Source: Octopus sinensis
Taxonomy: Eukaryota
Direction of reading: 5' to 3'
NCBI RefSeq assembly: GCF_006345805.1
Contig: NC_043011.1
Span: forward strand, 31,756,464-31,820,463
Length of the DNA: 64,000 nucleotides
Part shown: piece by piece, positions 24,903 to 37,559 of the stretch
Layout: each line of letters begins with the position of its first letter
Numbering within the stretch: position 1 is the stretch's first letter
Notes under the pieces: model-generated
Database searches by the model: none
What the model saw: only the letters and a program-made list of their open reading frames with translations
Told to the model about the DNA's origin: nothing
Program-made: the position numbers and the translations under genes

Positions 24903-25977
24903 ATATATGTATATATATATATATGTGTATATATATATGTATATATATATATATATATAAAAGAATACAAAAAATGTTCTGTTATTTGTATTTGTGTAAC
25001 ATTTCTCTATCTTTTTTCTGTCTTTGTTTTCATATACATTCGGTGCTTTCTTCCAAGGAATCTAGTGCTCTTAGCTTAGATTTCCCTTGGGGCTGGCCAG
25101 ATTGGAGCAATCTTGTGTATAACCAGCTGGAATTGCAAAAATAATCTGGAACTCGACTGACAAAAGAAAACTCCAGATGACCCCTCCCTTGTTTTTTCTT
25201 GTACCTTTGTTGTATCATGTGTCTGGACGTTTTGTTGTCCCCCTTTTTGTATTCTTCTTTTTATATACATATAGCAGCCCACTTACATTTTGTTCTTTTA
25301 TATGTAAGTATATATATAACGGGAAGCTTTATGAAAATAGACAAAAGACGAAGGCAGGTGGAATATATATAAATTCTGTACGACTCTCTTTTTCTTTCAT
25401 TCTTTCCTTCTTTCTATCAGCCTCTTCACACTTACATCATTCTTTCCTCTCTTCTTTCTTTTGTTCCCCCTCTCTCACATTTCCTGGCCTTCCCTTGATT
25501 CTCACCTTCCCTCCTCTTTCACTTCCCTCTGTCCCTTTTCCTTTTTTCTCATCCCTCCCTAATTCTTCTATCCCTCTGCCTCTACCTCTCTTCTCTCCCT
25601 CCACATGACCAGTGTTCAGCCAAGCCTGACCTTTTGACTACCATCTGTGCAACATCTATATTCCTTCCTATGCCTGTCATCTCTTATGTCCCTGCCATAA
25701 GACTTCACTTCCACACACACCAGCTTAATTTAATTCATCATTAGTTGAAAGACACCTGTTGTTAATGTCTTGTTATTTGCATTTGTATTTGTGTACCAAT
25801 TCTCCGTTTCTTTTTTCTGTCCTTGTTTCCATATTCATTCACTACTTTCATTTTTGTATTGTGTAGCTGTCAGGATGTTTTGCATTCTTGTCCCATTTTT
25901 TGTATTCTTTTTTATATACATATAACGGCATGTGTACACTTTGGTCTCATATATAAATATAGATATATATAAATATA

Positions 25978-26198
25978 TTGCATTGGTACATAATTATTGC
26001 AACTTTTTTCAACATGTAACAAAAACATCTTTAAATAATTATCCTGGAGCATATTCACCATCTACTTCAATTACTGCTTCCCATTTGCTTAGCAGATGGT
26101 CAGACCGTCATTTTAAGATGTTTTTGTTAAATATTGTTATTGTTTTTGTTGAATAAAATTTGTTGAAAAAAAGGTGCAATAATTATGCACCAACCCAA
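25978..26198 (-). mobile_element. Mariner-derived MITE
   Basis: TIRs TTG(C/G)(A/G)TTGGT(A/G)CATAATTATTGCA, TA flanks, and a remnant LLSKWEAVIEVDGEY on the minus strand. Confidence 0.75.
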
Positions 26199-26564
26199 TA
26201 ATATATATATATATATATATATATAAAGTGAGTATCCACATCAAAGTGGCAGTTGAATGTTACTGGGGTTAAACTATATATATATATATACTTATATATA
26301 AATATATATATACATTAGGAACTGACCGATTACAACAATAACTCAAGGAAAAGGGAAACAACTTATTCCAATGTAAATAAACCTTAATTAAGTAAACGAT
26401 TTGCACTTAATCATTGCAATATGTGAGTTTAACCCTTTAGCATACAATGCAGCCAAAATATTCTTCCTGTTTATGTTCATACAAGCCAGATTTGGCCTCT
26501 AACACCTACCCTTTGATGTCATTCTAAAAGCAGTCACATTATCAGAATCTCAAAGCTATGAGGC

Positions 26565-26917
26565 AATGGAAATTGCAGCTGTGATACCAGTGCCGATGGC
26601 ACGTAAGAGAACCATCTGAATGTGGCCATTGCCAGCGCCGCCCCCGACTGGCCTCTGTGCCGGTGGCACGTAAAATGCACCATCCGATTGTGGCCATTTA
26701 CCAGCCTTGTCTGGCACCTGAGCAGGTGGCATGTAAAAAGTACCCACTACACTCACGGAGTGGTTGGTGTTAGGAAGGGCATCCAGCCGTAGAAACACTG
26801 CCAGATCAGACTGGGCCTGGCGCAGCCTTCTGGCTTCCCAGACCCCAGTTGAACCGTCCAACCCATGCTAGCATGGAAAACGGACGTTAAACGATGATGA
26901 TGATGATGATGATGATG
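26565..26917 (+). mobile_element. SINE family 2
   Basis: ATGGAAATTGCAGCTG...GTTAGGAAGGGCATCC...CGTTAAAC(GAT)n. Confidence 0.8.
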
Positions 26918-26991
26918 ATATACATATGTATACATATGTGTGTGTGTAAATAATAAAAAACAGTATTTTTCTTTATAAGCTTTAAGCTTAT

Positions 26992-27173
26992 AGTGATCAC
27001 CGTGCAAATGTCTAAGGAAAATAGTCTAATAATGGGGTATATAAGCCCTCAACAGAAAGAAAGTAGACTTTTCCGTATGCATTCCACATGTACGGGAAAG
27101 CCTACTTTTTCGTCGAGGGATTATATGCCCCATTATTAGACTATTTTCCTTAGTCATTTGCACGGTGATCACT
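26992..27173. mobile_element. Foldback/MITE-like hairpin element
   Basis: AGTGATCACCGTGCAAATG(T/A)CTAAGGAAAATAGTCTAATAATGGGG arms pair almost end to end. Confidence 0.8.
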
Positions 27174-27250
27174 TTATAAAAAAAAAAATACTATTCTCAT
27201 TATTTACAGAATTGTAAAACTTGACACTGCTTAACAAAACCATTTGCACC

Positions 27251-27365
<115 letters not shown>

Positions 27366-27450
27366 ATATATATATATATATATATGTGTGTGTGGTGTGT
27401 GTGTGTGTGTGTTTGTGTATATATATATATATGTATATATACATTTATGA

Positions 27451-27482
<32 letters not shown>

Positions 27483-27694
27483 TGTTGTTGGCATCCTTTT
27501 TGTCTCAGGAGACAATGGAGTTGCGCATAAAATAATCTAGTCCGGCTTTTACATTTCATGTCCTAATACATTTCCTGCTGTGGCTGTGTAGCCCTATCCT
27601 GGACAAACACTCCCTCTGGCAGGTGCCGCGAAGACTGTTCCTGGCTGGTTGTAATGTCATAGTTTCTTGTTGACGTCTTGTATGTATATATATG

Positions 27695-27731
<37 letters not shown>

Positions 27732-27789
27732 GTATATATATGTATGTATGTATATATATGTGTTTATATATATATATATATATGTATGC

Positions 27790-27824
<35 letters not shown>

Positions 27825-28056
27825 ATATATGTATATATATTTATATATATGTATATATAGATAGATATATATATATACATATACACACTCATATATATAT
27901 ATATACACATATATATGTATATATACACTCATATATATATACACAAATATATATATATACGCAAATACAAATATATATATATGTGTGTGTGTATGTGTGT
28001 ATGTATGTGTTTGTGTGCGTGCATGTGTGTGTGTGTGGTGTGTGTGTGTGTGTGTG

Positions 28057-28433
28057 TGCAGGCATGGCTTGTGGCAAGAAGCTTGCTTCCCAGCCACATG
28101 GTTATAGGTTCAGTCCCACTATGTGTCACACGGGGCAAGTGTCTTCTACTATAGTTTTAGCCTGACCAAAGCCTTGTGAGTAGATTTGGTAGATGGAAAC
28201 TGAAAGTAACCCATTGTATATATGTATGTGTGTGTCTGTGTTTGTCCCCAACCATTGCTTGACATCTGATTCTGGTGTGTTTATGTGCCCATAACTTAGT
28301 AGTTCGGCAAAAGAGACCAATAAAATAAGTACTAGGCTTACAAAGAATAAGTCCTGGGGTCAATTTGTTCGATTAAAGGCAATACTCCAACATGGCCACA
28401 GTCAAATGACTGAAACCAATAAAAGAATAAAAG
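28057..28433 (+). mobile_element. SINE family 1, full length
   Basis: Head, central microsatellite and a CAGTCAAATGACTGAAAC tail. Confidence 0.8.
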
Positions 28434-28500
28434 AATATATATATACACACATACTTATATATGAATATATATATATATATAGACATATGTATACATATAT

Positions 28501-28775
28501 CATCATCATCATCATCATCATCATCGTTTAACGTCCGTTTTCCATGCTAGCATGGTTTGGACAGTTCAACCGGGGTCTGGGAAGCCAAGAGGCTGCACCA
28601 GGCTCCAGTCTGATCTGGCAGTGTTTCTATAGCTGGATGCCCTTTCTAATGCCAACCACTCCATGATTGTAGTGGGTGCTTTTTACATGCCACCGGCACA
28701 GGTGCCAGGGGAGGCTGGCAATGGCCATGATCGGTTGGTGGTTTTTACGTGCCACCGGCAAGGAAGCCAGTCAAG
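28501..28775 (-). mobile_element. SINE family 2
   Basis: (CAT)n CGTTTAACGTCCG...GGATGCCCTTTCTAATGCCAACCACTC. Confidence 0.8.
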
Positions 28776-29011
28776 GGAATGCAGTGTAAATGATGGACAG
28801 AGTCAAAACTATTGAAAAGGTTGCAAGATGCAACAAAAATTTTAAGACAATAAAAATAAGAAAAAGGTGGAAATTTTACCAGTGAGTGTGTTACATTATA
28901 AGGCACGAAAAGAAAATGACTCTCCCCAGACACAACAGTATATATATATTATGTATGTATGTATGTATGTATATATGCATGTGTGTATGTGTGCATGCAT
29001 GTGTGTGTGTG

Positions 29012-29057
<46 letters not shown>

Positions 29058-29789
29058 TATATATACACACACATAACTATACTCATACACACATATATAT
29101 ATGTGTATGTGTGGAGAGGGTTGTGTGTATATTTATATATAGGCACAAACATGACTGTGTGGTAATAAGTTTGCTTTCCAGTCACATGGTTCCATGTTCA
29201 GTCCCATTGCATGGCACCTTGGCTAAGTATTTTCTACTATAGCCCCAAGCTGACAAAAGCTTTGTGAGTGAAATTTCCTAGACAGAAATTGAAAGAAGCC
29301 TCTTAAAATATTTACTACATTGGTGTTACTGAGACATTGTTGTCGCCCTCATCATTAGAAATGCAGTGAACTTCAGACTGACCTAATGGAAACCAAGACC
29401 CGACAATTCTATTGTTCATTTTCTATTTTACTTTGTACCTTTTGTATTTTCTTTTTTTGTATCCTGTTATTTTCTTCACACAATAGACAAGATAGAAAAT
29501 AAAAGAATAAAATGACTGGTAGGGACAACTAGACTCAAAAATACCATGCTTGAATGTTTGTGTTTATTTTTAACTTTTCTCATCTGTCAGTAAACTGGGA
29601 CACGGGCCTAGTGGACAGGTTTCAAGATCTCTAACCTAAATAGAAGCCAGCAACTTCGAACTTGATTACTTTGTCTTCTTTCTTATTTGCTTTACTTCCC
29701 ACATCAACAAAGTATTTAAGGACAGTTGTGTTGGTCAGATTTACTTGAAGACAGGAAGTGAAATAGTAAAAATGTTAAAATACTTTATA

Positions 29790-30355
29790 TTGGGTTGTCC
29801 GGAAAGTTTGTGCCGATTTATAGTAGCTTATCTTTCGACTTATTTTAGAAGATGGTTGAGTCTATAAAATAGGATTTGACTACACCTCCATTTTGAGAAC
29901 AGTTTAAGCCATCTTTTTGAGGAAGAAGGTTTATGTTCCTATAACCTGTGTTAATTCTGTAACCCTTTAAAATGGAAGATGAGAAAGTTCATTTTCGGCA
30001 CTTGATGCTTTTGGAACCAGACAAAAATTGCTGCAGCTCGGCTGGGATGTGTTACCACACTCTCCATATTCACCAGATATTGCTCCTTCGGATTTCCACT
30101 TATTCAGGTCTCTGCAGAATAGTCTTAATGGTAAAAATTCCAATTCCTTGGATGACGTAAAAAGATACCTTGATGAATTCTTTTCCATGAAACCACCTCA
30201 ATTCTGGGAAGAGGGTATTTCCAAGTTAAAGGAAAGATGGAAACGCATTGTGTTACAAAATGGTTCATATTTGGTTGATTTAAAATGTAATGGCAAGTAT
30301 TTGTTGACGTTTTTCTTTCCTTTAAAATTCAGCATGAACTTTCTGGACAACCCAA
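29790..30355 (+). mobile_element. Internally deleted mariner transposon
   Basis: TIRs TTGGGTTGTCC(G/A)GAAAGTT with TA TSD. N-terminal MEDEKVHFRHLML is fused to C-terminal LGWDVLPHSPYSPDIAPSDFHLFRSLQNSL...KLKERWKRIVLQNGSY (YSPDLAP-SD motif). Confidence 0.92.
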
Positions 30356-31255
30356 TATTTCTCTAATCCAGTACAGTATTTGTAAATATATTCCCCGTCA
30401 CACTTTAGAGACCAGTAGAACTTCTGTTCTTATATAAGACCATCTTCAAGGATTTTCCTACTTAGAAATACTACAAGCTAGTTTTAAGATTGTGGGTGAT
30501 CAAGTTAAAGATGTTACTATATTCAGAGTTAAGGTGGTGTGATTCAATTTGTTTGTTAATCAAGTAATTTTATCTTTTACTTGTTTCAGTCATTAGATGC
30601 CCGGCCATGCTGGGACACCACCTTAAAAGATTTTAGTCAAGCGAACTGACCCCAGTATGATTTTAGTTGAATGAACCTACCTCCTTTGAAGCCTGGTACT
30701 TATTCTGTCAGTCTCTTTTGCTGAACTGCTAAGTTACAGATACATAAACACACCAACACTGGTTGTCAAGCAGTTGTGGGGGGACAAACATAGACACAAA
30801 GATGCACACACACACACACACACACACACAACACACACACACATTCACACATATGTATATCATCAACATCATCATCATCTAGTGTTTTAAATCTGGGTTT
30901 TGTACCCGTTAACGGGGGTAGCCAGATCTACCTCAATGCCATAGCAATCGCAGTAGGCAGGTACAGCCCACCCCAAACTTTGGGCTTGCTGGTGCCCATT
31001 CTCCTTTGCTATCATGAAGCTTCTTTGGAGCTGGATTTTCTATGAGGAGCATACCCTTGCTTACCCCCAAGCTCAGTTTCTAGACATGAGTGGTCCTGAA
31101 ACTAAGGCCTCTACCACAATTTTTAAGAAATGTGGTGGAAAACTAGCTCATGAGGATATGGGATGAAGTGGTGAAGCATGATCTTCAAACAGAGGCAATA
31201 ACTAGTGACCGAGACCTATGGCGATATTCTGTGCTTGAGAAGACCTGTCAAGCCA

Positions 31256-31669
31256 AGTGAAATTGTAATCATGGCCAATGCTGGTGTCATGTAACTGGTA
31301 CCCATGCTGGTAGCACATAAAGAGCACCTTTCGAGTGTTGGGCCTCATAGAGGCAAAGTGGCTGAATTCCTTTCGAGCGTTGAGCCTCATGGAGGCAATG
31401 ACTGAGACCTTTGGCATTATGTCACGCTTGAGAAGAAGACCCATCAAGCCAAGCAAAATTGCAGTTGTGGCAGATACTGGTGTCACGCAAATGGCACCGG
31501 TGCTGGTGGTATATAAATGCACCCATTACACTCTCAGAGTGGTTGGCTTTAGGAAGGGCATCCAGCCGTAGAAAACCATGCCACATCAGACTGAAGTCTT
31601 CTGCAGCCTTCCAGCTTACCAGCCCCTGTCAACCGTCCCACCCATGCCAGAATGGACAACGGACGTTAA

Positions 31670-31704
<35 letters not shown>

Positions 31705-31705
31705 A
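31256..31705 (+). mobile_element. SINE family 2
   Basis: Conserved TTAGGAAGGGCATCCAGCCGTAG domain and a (GAT)n tail. Confidence 0.75.
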
Positions 31706-32544
31706 TATACGACAGGTTTCTTTCAGTCTTTGTCTACCAATTTCTCACTCACAAGGCTTTGGTCATCTCAAGGTTATAATAGAAGACACTTGTCACAAGG
31801 TGCCATGCAGTGGGACTGAACCCGGAACCATGTGGTTGGGAAGCAAACTTCAACTTAATTGCCAGTACTTCCTACACCAACCTTGTTTTGCTTTATCCTG
31901 GTTAGAATGTTGTACTTGCAGCAGCCATACAAATCATTCATGGATTTGATTCCGAGACTGGCGTGATTGTGGCCTTCAGTAAAGTATTTAGCTTGACATT
32001 GCTCCAGTTTATTCAACATCATCATCATTGTCCTCCGCCTCCTCCTCCTCCTCCTCACTACCACCTGCCTCCTCTTTATTATCATCATCATCATCATGAG
32101 CAGTAGCATCCATATCCGCATCCACATCATCATCATCATCATCACCCACATCGTTTAATGTCCGTTTTCTCAGCTGTCGCTTCCTCAATGTTCACCTGTG
32201 CCAAGGCCAGAGGTATATGTCAAGGAAGTGCCACTCGAGTGTCCATGTTAGCTCACAGCTGCACAGAAACCTAAAACAGTGGAGGTTTGTTAGCAAGTCA
32301 TACTTGTCTATGCGTGATGACTGTGGTGGAGATATTCATAGATGATGATGATGATGATGATGATTGTCACAATTATAATTAGTATTAAATATCTGGTATT
32401 TATCTGGTGAATACAATCATCATCATTACCATCATCATAATTATTCCTAATTAGTGGATATGATCATCATAATTATTCATAATTATTTCTTATGTATGAA
32501 ACCCAATATTTATGGGAAATCAATGACAGGAAGTTCTGGAGCTT

Positions 32545-32960
32545 CTTTATTCTTTATTCTTTATTCTTTATTCTTTTACTTGTTGCAATCATTTGACTGC
32601 AGCCATGCTGGAGCACTGCTTTAAAGGGTTTTAGTTGAATTGTTGAAATTGGCCCCAGGACTTATTCTTTGTAAGCCTAGTACTTATTCTATTGGTCTCT
32701 TTTGCCAAACTGCTATGTTACAGTGCATAAGCACACCAGCATCAGTTGCCAAGTGATGGCAGGGCAACAAACACAAACACACACAAATACACACACATAT
32801 ATACACGACAGGCTTCTTTCAGCTTCCATCTACCAAATCCACTCACAAGGCTTTGGTCGACCTAAGGCTATAGTAGAAGAGACTTGCCCAAGGTGCCATG
32901 CAGTGGGACTGAACCCGGAACCATGTGGTTGGGAAGTAAGCTTCTTACCACACAGCCACT
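32545..32960 (-). mobile_element. SINE family 1, full length
   Basis: (TTCTTTA)n tail, CATTTGACTGCAGCCATGCTGGAGCAC, and head ...CTTACCACACAGCCACTC. Confidence 0.8.
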
Positions 32961-33294
32961 CATGGTCATTTTTTTTTGCCACTTAAATGCATGCACTGCA
33001 TACTCATTCTTCACTCATTTATCTTACACACACATACATATGATGGGCTTCTTTCAGTTTCTGTCAACCAAATCCACTCACAAAGCTTTTTGTTGGCCCG
33101 AGGCTATAGTAGAAGATATTTGCCCAAGGTGCCACACAGTGGGACTGAACCCAGAACCAAGTGGCTGGGAAGCAAGCTTCTTGCTACATAACTATGACTA
33201 CACCTAATATTTATTTTTATTTTTCTCTGTTTTAGCCATTCCATGCCATACAGCATATCTGTCTGTGCCCATCTACCTTATTTCTTTATTGCCC

Positions 33295-33505
33295 ACGAGG
33301 GGCTAAACATAGAGCGAACAAACAAGGACAGACAAAGGGATTAAGTCGATTAGATCAACCCCAGTGCATAACTGGTACTTAATTTATCAACCCCGAAAGG
33401 ATGAAAGGCAAAGTTGACCTCAGAGGAATTTGAACTCAGAACGTAACGGCAGACAAAATACCGCTAAGTATTTTGCCCTAACATTTCTGCCAGCTCGACG
33501 CCTTA
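33295..33505 (-). mobile_element. SINE family 3
   Basis: CTGGTACTTAATTTATCAACCCCGAAAGGATGAAAGGCAAAGTTGACCTC...CTGCCAGCTCGACGCCTT. Confidence 0.75.
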
Positions 33506-33661
33506 AAATAGCTTGTGCCCATCTATCTATCTATCTGTGTCTGTCTGTCTGTCAGCTTTTGTGTCTATTTACCTTCCACAAAAAAGCATTAGAAAATGTG
33601 AGTCAATTGCAGTTAATTAAACCTGTTCAACCTGTGCCAGCATGAAAAATGGACATTACTA

Positions 33662-34042
33662 AGCACAAGAGTGGCTGTGTGGTCAGAAGTTTGCTTTCCA
33701 ACTTCATAGTTCCACAGCGAGGCACCTTGGTCAAGACCCTTCTACAATAGCCTTGGGCCAACCAAAACCTTGTGAGTGGATTTGGTAGATGGAAACTGAA
33801 AGAAGCCCATCATGTGTGTGTGTGTGTGCTTGGGTCTGAGGATGTCCACCCCACCACCAATGTTTGACAATCAGTGTTGTTGTGTTTTCGTCCTATCATA
33901 ACTTAGCGGTTTGGCAAAAGAGACCCTTAAATTAAGTACCAAGCTTCAGAAATTAAGTACTGGAGTTGATTCATTTGACAAAAATTTCTTCAGTGCGGTG
34001 CCCCAACATGGCAGAAGTCTAATGACTGAAACAGGTAAAAGG
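33662..34042 (+). mobile_element. SINE family 1
   Basis: GAGTGGCTGTGTGGTCAG head and a GACTGAAACAGGTAAAAG tail. Confidence 0.75.
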
Positions 34043-34059
34043 TTAATTGATGTTGACGA

Positions 34060-34300
34060 TGACAAAATAATGATAATGAATTGATGATGACAGTGATGAT
34101 AATAATGATGATGATATTGACAATGACAATGATGATGATGGCAATGTTAATGATGATGATGATAATGAGGAGGAGGAGGAAGATGATGATGATGATGATA
34201 ATGATGATGACGACGACGATGATGATGGTGACAATGTTCATGATGATGATGATGTCAATGACGACGATGATGATGATGATGATGATGATGAGAAGGAGGA
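34060..34300. repeat. (ATG)n-type degenerate trinucleotide repeat
   Basis: Runs of GAT/GAC/GAG. Confidence 0.9.
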
Positions 34301-34809
34301 GGCTGCAACACAGTAACCTGCACCTCACAGCAATGTTTTTGAATAACAATGATAATGCCCACAAGACACAACAAGAGAAGATGCGTTTGTATGGTAGTTT
34401 TTATAGTCATATGACTTGCTCATGTGACACTATGAAAAATATTTAAAAAAAAACCGAATTACTTCATAACCATAGTAAATTTATAAAAGTGATGGACGTG
34501 CTTATGTTATTGCTAGTATATATTCACAAAGGGAACAATATTTATAATTTAACCACACAAAAGAATCAGATTATGTAAAGATATAATTATTAGTGACAAA
34601 AGCAGTCGTCATCATCATCATCATTATCATCATCATAATTTGATATCTGTTTTCCATGCTGGCATGGACTGGACGATTTGATAGGAGCTGGTAAGCTGGA
34701 GAGCTGTACCAGGTTCTATGCCTGTTTTGACGTAGTTTCTACGGTTGGATGCCTTTCCTAATGCTAACCTTTTTACTGAGTGTATCGGATACATTTACAC
34801 AGCACTGGC

Positions 34810-35160
34810 ATGATAACAATGACGATGATGAAGATGATGATGATGACGACGATGGCGACAATGATGATGAGGAGGCTGCGGAGGCTGCGGAGGCTGCGGA
34901 GGCTGAGGAGGAGGAGGAGGAAGCTGTGGAGGCTGAGGAGGAGGAAGAGGAGGTTGAGGAGGAAGAGGAGGAAGAGGAGGCTGTAGAGGCTGAGGAGGAG
35001 GAGGAAGAGGAGACTGTGGAAGCTGAGGAGGAGGAAGAGGAGACTGTGGAGGCTGAGGGGGAGGAAGAGGAGGCTGTGGAGGCTGAGGGGGAGAAGAGGA
35101 GGCTGTGGAGGCTGAGGGGGAGGAAGAGGAGGCTGAGGATGAGGAGGGGGAAGAGGGGGT
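34810..35160. repeat. (GAT)n plus ~27-30-bp GAG-rich minisatellite inside a decayed SINE family 2 copy
   Basis: Units like GAGGCTGTGGAGGCTGAGGAGGAGGAAGAG, flanked by SINE2 segments at 34605-34800 and 35160-35260. Confidence 0.8.
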
Positions 35161-36130
35161 GGCTTTTATGTGACACTGGTATGGGTGCTTTTTATGTGGC
35201 ACCAGCACCCAGGGGCCTGCATGATTAGAAATGCTCAGCTGAAGAGGGATGCAGGGGACATGCTTGTATGCAAGGATGACTGTGTAATCACTTAGCTTGA
35301 TGTGTCTTCTCAAGCATATCAAGCTGCCAGAAGTCTTGGTCCTCTAACATACCCTCCATAAGGCCCAACATCTGAAGATCCTTTCTCACCACTTGAAGCA
35401 AAAGACAATCTCTATATCCAATTTAATGCGGATGTTTCGTTAGTATACCAAACACTGTTTCTATCACTAATAATTAATTTTGAATAAGCCAACTGGCTAT
35501 TCGTGGCATCAATACCTGTAATTCTATACGTCGTCAGCAACAAGATTTGGTTTGAATGTGGCAAGCAGATATCTGTCACTGAAGAGATAGAGTTTGTTAA
35601 AATCACGTGATCAGGCAGTTCCAGCACCCATAACAGAAAATTCTCGCCTGCCAATGGTATAAATATGTGCTTTTATATGCCACACTTCCTTATGTGAGGC
35701 CCTTTCAAGGTGAATACTGCAGAATTCAGCATCCTAACAGATAATCCTCATTAAGTTGGATATAAAGATTGCCTTTTATATAATGAAAACTAAGTTTTTG
35801 TTATTAAAGAGTTTGTAATTTACAAGGGGCAATGTATTTAAAACACTATTTCAAACATTTCTTTGTAACATCATGGTCATTTCAATATCCCCCTTTCCAT
35901 GCTGCATGAGTCAGATGGATTTAGTTAAGGCATATTTTCTACTGCTGGATGCCCACGCTGTTGCTAACCCTCACCTGTTTTCAAGTAAGATAATATTTTC
36001 CCATTGCTGTACGTTTTGAGAAAAGACTGGAAATGAAGCTCACTGTTTGTATAACAATGTAATTATCAGTGTCAAGACAAGGAGATACACACACACACAC
36101 AATCACACATGCATGCATACACACACACAT

Positions 36131-36194
<64 letters not shown>

Positions 36195-36346
36195 AGAACT
36201 GGCTTCTTGCAATTTCGTTCTGCCAAGTTCACTCATGAGGCATTGGTTGGAGTGGAACTGAACCCGAAACCACAGGGCTGGAAAGTAAAACTTCTCCACC
36301 AAACAGCCATGGCTGTACCTATTTTTGCTTATATATATATGTGTAT

Positions 36347-37006
36347 ATAAATATAAGAGAGCAACCACCATGTGGTCTACTCTAGCACTAAAAATAGATC
36401 CGCTGGGCTTCAGCCACATAAAAAATGTTTCCGATGAATATTAGCACAACTACTGGTGCAGACAGGGCAAATAAACATACCAAAAATGTAAATTAGTTCG
36501 AGACAATTGTTTCGCTATTAATAAATTAATAAATTATGTAATTTTACTCACATAAAATACCTTTATTTGTAGCTCATCGGCCGAACCCATTCAGAATTCA
36601 ATTTACTCGACCGCAGGCTAGACTTTACCATCACGATAAACGCACGAGAGGTCCAGTCAATTGCATTCGCTGCTATAGTTTAAGTGCCCCTGCCACGGCC
36701 CGCCAAAAATTCACGGAAACAGATACTACATCCAAAATTAAATGCAGCATAATTACAATCAACTAATGAGGGTGAGAAAGTTGTATACTAACTTAATAGT
36801 ACATCCATTTAACACCAAGTGGCTTAGTGCATATAAAGCCTGGATTACAATACCTTTATACATAAATATAAGAGAGCAACCACCATGTGGTCTACTCTAG
36901 CACTAAAAATAGATCCGCTGGGCTTCAGCCACATAAAAAATGTTTCCGATGAATATTAGCACAACTACTGGCGCAGACAGGGCAAATAAACATAACAAAA
37001 ATGTAA
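36347..37006 (-). mobile_element. HHR-bearing element: 515-bp unit plus 145-bp terminal direct repeat
   Basis: 36347-36491 equals 36862-37006 (2 mismatches). The HHR lies at 36496-36586 and the flanks are TA-rich. Confidence 0.8.
36496..36586 (-). ncRNA. Type I hammerhead motif with long helix II (C4 variant)
   Basis: GUUCGG CCGAUGA GCUA-(52-nt AU-rich hairpin)-UAGC GAAAC AAUU GUC UCGAAC. Helix I has 6 bp; predicted cleavage between 36502 and 36501. Confidence 0.7.
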
Positions 37007-37020
37007 TATATATATAAGTA

Positions 37021-37222
37021 CGAGGGGGTACTGAAAAGTTCCTGGTTGTAAGAGTATCATGAAATGCCTGGTTGGAGGTGCAACCTTCCAAGTTTTTTAC
37101 AGGGCTTAAAAAAAAAACTGAAGGACCGCTGCAATAAGTGTGTGAATTTGAGAGGGGAATGTTTTGAATAAAATCATAATTAACTGATTCTCCTGTATTT
37201 TCTTTTACACAAAGCCAGGACC
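37021..37222 (+). mobile_element. Mariner-derived MITE (3' truncated)
   Basis: TA CGAGGGGGTACTGAAAAGTTCCTGG; homologous to 8499-8717. Confidence 0.7.
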
Positions 37223-37229
37223 CCATCAT

Positions 37230-37262
<33 letters not shown>

Positions 37263-37559
37263 CATACATACATCATCATCATCATCATTGTTTAAGATCT
37301 GTTTTCCATGCTGGCATTGATTGGATGGTTTGACTGAGGTCTGGAGAGCCAGTGGCTGGACCAGGCTCCAATCTGATCTGGCAATGTTTCTACAGCTGGA
37401 TGCCCTTCCTAATACCAACCACTCTGAGATCGTAGTGGGTGCATTTTACGTGCCATCGGTACAGGAGCCAGTCAGTATCAGTGAAACTCCATTTTCATTT
37501 TTGGCATAGTTTCTATGACTAGATGCCCTTCCTTACACCAACCACTTTACAGAGTGTGC

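Noticed and set aside
34749-35322. Long poly-E, poly-S and poly-P ORFs
   Set aside because: They arise from a GAG-rich minisatellite inside a decayed SINE; there are no convincing splice sites or domain.
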